Shown one piece after another: positions 53,856 through 64,000 of a DNA stretch of 64,000 nt. The DNA comes from Eledone cirrhosa. Lineage: Eukaryota. A program made the translations under genes and the position numbers. The stretch lies in NCBI GenBank assembly GCA_964016885.1, contig OZ024741.1, positions 225,866,001 through 225,930,000 on the forward strand. Direction: 5' to 3'. Each line of letters begins with the position of its first letter. Positions within the stretch are counted from its first letter, which is position 1. A model generated the notes under the pieces. That model did no database searches. It had not been told where the DNA came from and saw only the letters and a program-made list of their open reading frames with translations.

Positions 53856-55295
53856 CAGTAACAATGTATGTAGGGAATTTCTTTATAGTCAATCCTCTAA
53901 AGTTTCCGTGCTGTGCACAATTGCTCACAGGACCTTGTGCAATATTAGGTCATATTAGTAAGCCCGATGACCTAATTGTTTGCTGCTGAAGTACAGCAAT
54001 ATGTTATACATATCAAATACAAGAATAAATAATTAAAAAATGAAAATCCCATTAAGGTTAACTTTGGCGTTCATCCTTACGGGGTCGAAAAATAAAGCAC
54101 CAGTAATACATTGGAGTAATTGCTGGCCTTGTGCCAAAAGTAGAAACAATTATTATTTTCTAACTTTTTCTTTCGAGTTACACTCATTTCCTGTGTTAGA
54201 GTGGGCTATTTCTTTATTCTGCGTATTTTGTATTTCACTGTATATATTAAGCGTTATTTGTTTTTGTATTTAGTATTTGTTGCATGTATTGGGATTGGTG
54301 TATAAAATCTTTTTATGGATATAGATTTCCGAAATGTGCTTTAGTAACTTATATCACTGAGTTATGTAACAGAATAGAAAAAATCTCATATGTATATTTG
54401 TTGTAATAATTACGCTCTAAACCCATATACCAAGCAATATATTTGGATATGTCTAAGAGAGCACACATGTGTACATGTATACAGACATACACACAAACAA
54501 ACAAATATATATATATGTATATCATATGGGTGTATATATATATGATATATATGATATATATATATATGTATGTGTGTGCGCGTGTGTGTGTATGTGTGTG
54601 GGCGTGTGTGTATGTACGTATATGTTTGTATATGTATGTATATATATATATAAACTCAGTCACCAAAGGAAAATGTACCTGGGTTTTTGAGAGATATTAT
54701 TGATATGCGTGTCTGAACAGAGCAAAGACGCACATGTGTGCGCGTGTGGGTTTGTTTGTGTGTGTGTGGGTAAGAGTGTATGTGTGTGTATGTGTGTGTG
54801 AGTAAGCAGAGACATACATGTGTGTATATGTTTGTAAGTCAGTGTGTGTTTATTCATTGCACAATACCTAATGTTAATTCCTAAACCATCATTTCTATTT
54901 AAAATCTAGATACCTACAATTCAGTGATGGTCTATACATCAAATCTATATGGAACAACTTCCTAACTTAAACATTAGTGAACAAAGACCTAACATCTGCC
55001 TGAGCGAAATTATTGAACGTATTGCACATAAATCAAGTGATACTCCTGTTCAGATAAGTGGTTGATAGTATAGCGATAAACAACATTTGTAACCGTTATT
55101 TTAGAAGAACAGAGTTAGTAAGGGTTATACAAAGTAATAAATATATAGGTTTGGGGATCGGCACGTCTGACCAGTGAATGCGTCGTTCGATGCTTATATG
55201 AGGGTTCCTTGTAACTTAGCCTCAGCTTTCTCTCGATTAAAAATATATATATATACATATGCCATTCATTTGAAAAATACATGTACGCACACAAA

Positions 55296-55367
<72 letters not shown>

Positions 55368-55669
55368 TATATAGCGCAGAACGGAAACGTGTTGATAACA
55401 TGAATCCCTTGATTTTGATTCATAGAAACCTATCGGAGAAACGACGATCTACCTCCGAGATGGTGCAGGTTTGCTTTATTAACCTGTTGGTTTTCTCGTT
55501 GCTTCGGTGTCGTGGCTGGGCCTACGTGACACAGGTTTCAATTTGTCATGCCATATAACGAATGTTATTACTCTGAGACTCCTCATTGAGTGCTTGGCTG
55601 CACAAACCCTCATTGTATCTCGTTGGCTTGGCTACAGCCGACACTTCGATTTTACTAAACTTCCATTTG

Positions 55670-55700
<31 letters not shown>

Positions 55701-55841
55701 AGATCAAAAGATGGTTAAATGAGTTCCATGTATTTTATTATGCGCATTTCAAAAACAAATATCATCATGCAATAACATTTGTGTTTTCATTCTTATCCGA
55801 TATCTGCATTGCTTTATTGTACTACAATAAAAACTCACCTC

Positions 55842-55882
<41 letters not shown>

Positions 55883-56501
55883 AGAAGATAATGGTATTTT
55901 CACTTTTTGCTGGTAAATTCAAACTTGTGAAGTGATTATGTACCTACTAACGAAGGAGCAGCTTACCAAATAGTTTTCTCAACATGAATTAATTGAGTCC
56001 TGTGATATAATATTCCAGGTGTTAAACCACAAGTATTTTACAGATTCCAATAATTCACGGGTATGTATAAGTCAATAATTAGATTTTCTAGCGATACTAG
56101 TATAAGAGAGAAAGAAGAAGTGGGCATCCACCAATTTTTGTACTACATATATGATATATCATTGGCTGAGAAATAGTTAATCTATAGATCAAAGGGGATC
56201 ACATAAGTGTCGGTAGTGACTGTTGCCGAAAATATTCGGACTATAAATCCATTAATTCCTGTAGTTGCATAACTGTTATTGATAAGGTGGAAGCTGAAAG
56301 TTATGGAGTTGGAGTCGATTGTCTATGTTCCATGTTGAAATCCGACTTAACTAAGGATGAGTTTGACATAATAGCTGCTAGACGTTCAGCCATATTGTTC
56401 GATAATGTGCACTGAGCATGTAGGTATAGAACTAATCATTTTGATATTACTATATATATATAGTAATAATAATAGAACTAATAATTTTGTTATTACTATA
56501 T

Positions 56502-56532
<31 letters not shown>

Positions 56533-57896
56533 ATGTGAAGACTAAAATCCGAAGAGGGCTCGATAAGGATAATATATCAAAATATATAAAACTATAGAAC
56601 GAATATTTCTTAAAATAACAGATTAAAGTTTAAGCAAAGAATCGCTGAGTTCACCCTTAACGGGATCTTCTGAAACCCAGACGAGTGCCAATTCACCGAA
56701 TAATACTAAACGAAAGACTTTAGACCATCCCAATTTATTCTATTATACGTATTTCGAAGATGCAAAGCATATGTATAACATAAGCCAAAACATTTTCCCT
56801 TCAAATAAAATCCACGGGAGATGTAGAAATTCTCTGATATGCTGGCAAGCATATGAGTTAGAAACAAACAACCTCAACATAGAAGATATATGATTGGGAG
56901 AAATATTACAGTTGCTATTGACGTTTTTAAACTGGCAAGAGTATGATGTTACCAGATTGGTAAACAAATCAAAACAGAAACAAATATTGACCGTTAGTGT
57001 ATTTATTTATAACTTATGTTAGATTAAATTAGATACTATACCAAAAAATATATTCGAAGCATATGTTTGCCAGCCACGGATTTGTACAGCTCTGATATGG
57101 CGCTGGGACTAGACTTTAAATTATAGAGTGCCAAAGGCTTTTGCTGCCCTTTGAAATCAAGAGTCATTTCCATGTCTAAGTTTCCATCAACATGTACCAG
57201 GCAAACCGAGTTCTTATATAAATGATTTTGAAATTAAGCACAAACCAGTTATTTGGGAAGGGGGGAAAACTACTTCAATTTTTAACTGTTACTTTATTTT
57301 TATCGAATCTGAAATGATGAAAGCAAAGTTTCCTCGGTATATTTTGAAATCAGAACGTACAAAGCCGAAACAAATATTACAAGTCTTTTGTCTGACACTT
57401 TAATCATACGATCAATCCACCATCTTCACAACGGTAAACATAATGACGAAAACTAGAACAAATGACAGTATCAGGCTTAAATTTGTTTTCAAACGTTCAT
57501 AAATGCTATATAGCCATCCCAGTGACATTTCTTACGATTTGATTGAAAGTGATTTACATCGATGTGTCAGGGAAATTCAAAGCACTCTAGCAACGAAAAC
57601 ACCAACTCTCCGTAAACTCGTAGTTTTTGTGAAATCCAAGCACAACGATTGACTATTTTGGTAAAATAAAGAAATATCACAAGTTCTCTGACATTATCAT
57701 TTGAGCAATTTAGATTCATAAATACCCTTCATTGATCTTTTCCTGACCTTTTCTTGGCCACAAAGAAGCTTCACAATTATTCGATCTTGGACAATATATA
57801 TATATATGTATGTGTGTATGTATGTGTGTGTGTGCGGGTGTGTGTATGTGTATATGTACCTATATATGAATGTATACACATACACACACACAGGCC

Positions 57897-57987
<91 letters not shown>

Positions 57988-57990
<3 letters not shown>

Positions 57991-58362
57991 TGATGGTAGC
58001 TAAGATGCTTCCATAGGCGGTATGCCGGTTGAGCACTCTATGCTCTTACAGAGCAGAGTATGATAGAATAGAAAACGAAAAATCAGTGATGCATCTGAAC
58101 TCAATTTATTGCGTGTTACAATTGTTTCCCCGGCGGACAGCTCGAGACGCGATCATTGTGTGGATCTGTCTGATTCTGGACCCGGAGGTTCGACGGACAC
58201 GTCTACTGATTTCTGAGCATATACTCTTACGGAGTGACCTGTGGGTCCAGAATCAGACAGATCCACACAATGATCGCGTCTCGAGGTGTCCGCCGGCGAA
58301 ACAATTGTAACACACAATAAACTGAGTTCAGATGCATCACTGATTTTTCGTTTTCTATTCTC
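57988..58362. mobile_element. Fold-back Penelope-like terminus (CCGTCGA hammerhead-like motif, bulged hairpin)
   Basis: ~118-bp inverted arms 58066-58183 / 58243-58360; GAAACAATTGTA then AATAAA; related to 60765-61330. Confidence 0.75.
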
Positions 58363-58367
58363 TCTCT

Positions 58368-58455
<88 letters not shown>

Positions 58456-59085
58456 TTAGAAGATGTAGAAATCTCAAACGTAGAAGATAACTGTAACCAC
58501 AAATAATAGCTTAGAAAATCGAGTAAAATACCTACTATAATAAATCAATATTTGCTAGAAATCAATAAATCCATGACAAAATCAATATAGTCTCCAAAAC
58601 TTTAGATATTCAACAAAAATTGCAAATATTGACATTTAGAGATTGAAACTAAATAAAATAATTATGAACCATTCACTCTGACGACATGATGACATAACCA
58701 TGTAATCGAATGTATGGTCACACAACCAATTAATAATAAATTGAACCAATTAAATAGGTACTCAAGAAATAAATCATCTAATCATACACGAAATCAATCA
58801 TTCGCTAAATCAATTATTAAAATCCAATTATCAATGAACAGATAAGTATAAAAGAAATAAATCAAACACAAAAATAATAAGTGAAATATTTTAACAATGA
58901 ATAATCAAGCTTTTAGTGAGTAGAATATATATATATATATATATACAAAATTTATACAGCATCATCGAAGCTCTGGTTGCAGCCAAGCTAACGAAAGCAA
59001 TCTCGGTGTACAACTAAGCACTCCTTAGGGCATATTACCCTAGAGTTATAACATTAAGTTTAGACAGCTTTGCAAAATATATATA

Positions 59086-60500
59086 TCTTTATCTTTATAT
59101 ATATAAAAGCGAGGATGTGTGTGTGTTTGTGTACAACTTTTCATGGATAAGGCTTTTACAATTACCAACTGAATTTGACCAAATTCTCTGTGCACGTTCC
59201 ACAGGTCGATAAGATTGTCACATCACAAACATTTCTCAAATCGACCCACGTTGAACAATAAAAAATCGATATCAAAATTATCGGTAGAAAAATTGATGTA
59301 AGGGAGATAACAAACTTTATTGGCAATCCTTATATAAAAGGGAGATAACCAACTTTTCAGAAATATAAACATCACATTCATTTGAAGATAAATCGCTAAT
59401 ATTATCGTTTGTTTCTTGTTTATTCTTTGTTGCACTTTCAAAGTTAAAAAAAAACACTTGTTGTTTTAACTTGTTTCACTATATGAAGTGTTAATTTTCG
59501 CGTTAAGGGCCTAATCTCGCAGCAGTCTCGAATTGACGAGATTTTGATGATGGTTTGTTTATTTTTAGAACAATCGTTATGGGACTTTCCATTCAAACCA
59601 TTGGGACCTAGAACATTTACATTTTTAAAACTTTCATAAGCCATGTTGATACAAAAAAAAATTTGTTGCACTTTCAAAGTTAACTGCAACGCTTCAATTC
59701 ATACATCTTGACTTTACAACTTTTCACCAAATATGCCCCGTAAAAGAAAGTATGCACATATTGGTTATTGGTCGAAGAAAATAATGACGCTCCGCCGATA
59801 ACCGAAAATAGACAATCAATAAATGCGGTAAGTACAGTTATTGCAACATCGTTGTCCGCCGCTGAGCGTCGGTTAGTGTGGCGAACCAATAATGCTAAAG
59901 CAACTGCTGCAGCACGAGCTGCAGAGACTCCAGAGCAACGTGAAACACGTCTTGCTATGGATGCTGCTGCAGCAAGATCTGCAGAGACAGTACAAAAAAT
60001 ATGAAAGACGCCGTGCGCGTAATGCTTCAGCTAATGTTGCAGCAAGAGCAATTGAGACTGAGCAAGAACATCAAAGTCGCCAATTGAGAAATGCTTCAGC
60101 TACTGCTACGGCACGAGCTCTAGAGACTGTAACAAGTCGAGCTATTCGGCTGGAGGGTAACGCTCAACGTAGATCTGTATCGCGGAGTATTTCAAAGGCA
60201 TCACGCTCACGATGGTACCTTAAGGCAGTTAATTATGACCCTAATGTAAACTATCAAATCCATACTGATATTCAAATATATGCCATGTCAAATACTTGCC
60301 AACCTTGTAAAGCTAAAAAGTGTGTGTGTGTGTGGGGGGGGGGGATCAGCTGGAATGTGCTGCTCCAACGGTAAGGTTAATTTGCCTACCACAACCTCTC
60401 CAGGTAACCATTCACAATCACGTGATTTTCTGAAGCATATCCGACAGTACAACATTGCGTTTCAAATTACCTCTTTCGGTGCAAAACGTCTGCTCACGAG
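59086..60500 (+). mobile_element. Second Helitron, 5' portion only
   Basis: TC-tttatatatataaaagcgaggatgtgtgtg start; R/A-rich N-terminus; CQPCKAKK..GMCCSNGKVNLP..FLKHIRQYNIAFQITSFGA. Confidence 0.82.
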
Positions 60501-60732
60501 TTGGCAGTCGAGATAATCTCTTTGCGTTTGTTCCGAAAAGAAAAACAAAGAATATTGTCTATCATGAAGTGCTTTAAAGCTTAGAAATATCCGAGATCCC
60601 AATAGACAACTGATGACCGCCCCCCCCCCCCCCCCGTTCTTGCTTTCTTCGTATTCCCACTGCATTTTATGTTACCTTAAATAGCAACCTCACAGCCATT
60701 TCTATTCTCCATATATATATATATATATTCTA

Positions 60733-60764
<32 letters not shown>

Positions 60765-60769
<5 letters not shown>

Positions 60770-60962
60770 CAGAGTCAGGTTTGATCACCATATCGATCGT
60801 GCCTCGAGCTGGTCGCCCGAGGATCAATTGTAATATGTCCAATAAATTCCTTTCGTCGCAACACTGATTCTCTTTTTTCTGATATCATACTCTACTATAC
60901 GAGGGCTTCGAGTGCTCAGACGGCCTACAGCATACGGACGCACTAAGCAAGCATCCAACACC

Positions 60963-61053
<91 letters not shown>

Positions 61054-61330
61054 ATTTTTTTTTCTACTTATTAATGTATATATATATATATATATAATTG
61101 GTGTTGGATGCTTGCTTAGTGCGTCCGTATGCTGTAGGCCGTCTGAGCACTCGAAGCCCTCATAGAGCAGAGTATGATATCACAGAAAAAAGAGAATCAG
61201 TGTTGCGACGAAAGGAATTTATTGGACATATTACAATTGATCCTCGGTCGACCAGCTCGAGGCAGGATCGATATGGTGATCAAACCTGACTCTGAAATCG
61301 CGCGGTCCTCGGATACGTCTCGATTCTACG
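60765..61330. mobile_element. Two tail-to-tail copies of a Penelope-like terminus sharing one (TA)n tract
   Basis: 60767-60966 is the reverse complement of 61096-61297. Confidence 0.8.
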
Positions 61331-61499
61331 CAGCAGATTTTCCTATTCAACTGTGTACAATTGATTTGGCTGGATTTCCAAGAGAGACCAACTGAGTTCG
61401 TGAATGTTATCCAGAACATCATGCTCGCAGGTGGGCTTTACCCGTAAAATCTATTCAATCACTCTTTCCCAAGACATTCTATCCACATGTCTCTCGATT

Positions 61500-62000
61500 T
61501 GGAGAACCAGAGGTTTTATCAGGAACAACACCCTGATCTACGAGCTACGAACCCTATCGGATAACGATACTCCTGAGATCCTTCGGACGAACCATATTTT
61601 AACCACATGTATTCGCGATCGTATTCCTTCAGACATTACATTTGCTTTTTTTTAGACGAGGAGTGCCTGTTTTCGCAGCGCTGGTTTCCATTCCTGCCAT
61701 GAACTATTCGTCAGCAAAACTATCCAGTGCATGTTGGATATCGCCTTCGGCTGATTTAAATAATAGCAAAGTCATCTGCAAATACCAGCTGGCTCATCCC
61801 ACATCCACCAGCCGTGGGATGGCACTTCCAACTCGCTTCTGCATGTCAATCCTGTTTCTGAAGTTTATGAACAAGAGAAGTGAGATGAGGTGCATCTGTG
61901 GGAAAAGACTAACCCTTTATTGGAAAATAGAGTGTTCCACTGTCGCAACGCCCCCAAGAATAATGCACATCTGTCCGACATGTTAACATGTTAGAAAACT
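61500..62000 (-). mobile_element. Old RTE-like reverse transcriptase relic
   Basis: SLLLFINFRNRI and SQLVFADDFAII in different frames. Confidence 0.55.
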
Positions 62001-62186
62001 TAGATACAAAAATTATCCTCTGGGTGACTCTGGATCTCTGGAAAAACACCAAATCAATCGCAATCGGGAGTGATGATTATAGAGTATTTATATATATATA
62101 TTGTTATACTTGGGGAGGGTCATATTTGTGAAATATTGCCAGATTGTGTAATATTGCCAGATTTCATATAAAAAAAACTCGCAAAA

Positions 62187-62275
<89 letters not shown>

Positions 62276-62650
62276 ATACTTGGGGAGGGTCATATTGTTG
62301 TAATAATATTGCCAGAAATAATAATGGAACACACTCACTGTTTGGTTGGGTTTCGCTTCTGCATCTTTTATATCTCCATAGTTAATTCATTTGGCCAACA
62401 ATGTTTATCATTGACTGACCAACGGTCGAAAATACAGATATAAATATATATATATATATAGTATAATAAAGTTCTTTCGTTGCACATCTGCAACATCATC
62501 AGTGGTACTATTATCATGTTTCCTCCTATTGTATTGCAATGTATTGTAGTGTCTACGCCATTTTTATTTTATCTTTTTTTTTTTTTTTTTTTTCCCCAAG
62601 TATAACAACATTTGTTTCGACATATGATTTCATATCAAAAACCTCGCAAA

Positions 62651-62736
<86 letters not shown>

Positions 62737-62831
62737 CTTTAGCCGCATGTAATAAACAGCCGATACCTCTGAATAGCAAGACTCACATTTTAGCCTCAAT
62801 AATATTGAATATACGTATATATACATATATA

Positions 62832-63175
62832 GAGTAGTACCTCCGTTCACGAATTTATTCGGTCCTGAACGCCGTTCGTCACCCGAAATGTTCGTAATGC
62901 GGAACTATCTTAACCTTATGAAATGCTGAGAGGGAAATACAGTGAGAGAGAGACTGTATATGAAAGGGAAATAGATATCACCATAGTAACTAACTACAGA
63001 GCAGGTGACGCTTTCCCGCCAATACTCGCAGCTTGTCACCAACCGTTGTCACCAACCGGCTTGCGTGTTCGTTACTCGAGACAGCGTTCGTCAGCCGATA
63101 CGTTTTATGTTCGGAAAGATTGTTCATGAACCGATTTGTTCTTGATGTGTGGCGTTCGTGAACTGAGGTTCAACT
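62832..63175. mobile_element. Tc1/pogo (Tigger-like) MITE
   Basis: Terminal inverted repeats .agtagtacctccgttcacgaa / ttcgtgaactgaggttcaact with TA flanks. Confidence 0.7.
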
Positions 63176-63440
63176 ATATATATATTTAGGCATGTATAAG
63201 AGTGGGGTTGTAAAGGCACATTACTTGCTTCGTGATGCGCAGGTCCACTCAACTGGCAAAAATGGGTTGTGCCACTAATTCAAGCTGAATCTCCCTGAGA
63301 ACTATGTTCAGTTACTTGTAAGTGAATTTTATGAGAATACATTTCAGTTGCTCAAACAACAGGAAAATACATCGTCGGAACCGACAGAGGTCAAGTAGTA
63401 TGTGTCTGTGTACGTATATATATATAGAGAGAGAGAGACA

Positions 63441-63512
<72 letters not shown>

Positions 63513-63515
<3 letters not shown>

Positions 63516-63702
63516 CGAAGGAAATGTGGTAAGGAACCAGGTGGACCATAACGCACCAAAGTACTCAATACTTGAGGTAGTAGAGTGGGTAATAGGAACC
63601 AGTAAGACCCCGACAGCTGAGCTCAAGCCGTTTCGACGGCTAATTCCCGAATTAGCCGTCGAAACGGCTTGAGCTCAGCTGTCGGGGTCTTACTGGTTCC
63701 TA
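63513..63702. mobile_element. Fold-back Penelope-like terminus with a hammerhead 3' half in both arms
   Basis: Perfect ~53-bp arms centred near 63647; GAAA-cggct-tgagctc-agctg-TC; bulged hairpin at 63562-63587. Confidence 0.75.
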
Positions 63703-63720
63703 TATATATATATATATATA

Positions 63721-63935
63721 CGTAGGTCCCGGGTTGAGTCAGGGATAACCACAGTAAGTAAGGTACTCAATACATGGCAGAGTAAAATTTTTTTATTTTA
63801 TAGAAGGAGCTTCTACAGGACTAGTACTGTTTCATTCAGATGAAATCTTCAGGAAGCTGGGTCCTGAACATTTCATCTGAATGAAACAGTACCAGTCCTG
63901 TAGAAGCTCCTTCTATAAAATAAAAAAAATAAAAA
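63721..63935. mobile_element. Fold-back Penelope-like terminus with the complete cassette
   Basis: Arms ~63787-63852 / 63864-63930; (TA)n on both sides. Confidence 0.8.
63808..63858 (-). ncRNA. Type I hammerhead ribozyme
   Basis: agcttc CTGAAGA tttc-atct-gaat GAAA cag-tactagtc-ctg TA | gaagct; 6-bp stem I, then AATAAA. Confidence 0.82.
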
Positions 63936-64000
63936 ATATATATATATAAGATCAAAAGATGGTTAAAGGAGTTCCATATATTTTATTATGCGCATTTCAA

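Noticed and set aside
55569-55592. Bulged hairpin as a SECIS element or iron-responsive element
   Set aside because: No AUGA/GA quartet or apical AA, and no CAGUG loop; loop sequence and length vary freely.
62794-62835. Another apparent bulged hairpin
   Set aside because: One stem strand is the terminal repeat of the adjacent Tc1-type MITE, so it is probably coincidental.

Overview
AT-rich, microsatellite-rich animal genomic DNA, most likely octopus (inferred from the dominant Nin-domain tRNA-SINE). The only host coding sequence I can support is two minus-strand exons (13083-13232, 11917-12035) of a rutabaga/ADCY1-type adenylate cyclase; the rest looks like very large introns full of transposon relics. 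These include more than 20 SINEs, two Helitron relics, Tx1/L1, R4/Dong, CRE and RTE LINE fragments, hAT and Tc1 MITEs, and a decayed Naiad-type Penelope reverse transcriptase. The main signal is about 20 short, mostly unrelated, often fold-back elements sitting in (TA)n tracts. Many share one cassette: a type I hammerhead ribozyme (canonical or variant core), usually AATAAA, then a covarying hairpin with a 2-nt 3' bulge (RYUC-stem-UY-GARY), then about 40-90 nt, then (TA)n. The bulged hairpin occurs about 16 times with compensatory changes and strand-specific G.U pairs, and I do not recognise it as a described motif. Other notable features are repeated Dong/Tx1 pairings inside (TAA)n tracts and a ~4 kb inversion with 196-bp duplicated breakpoints that splits a SINE. 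All structures were read by eye; element boundaries are approximate unless splice sites or target-site duplications (TSDs) are quoted.
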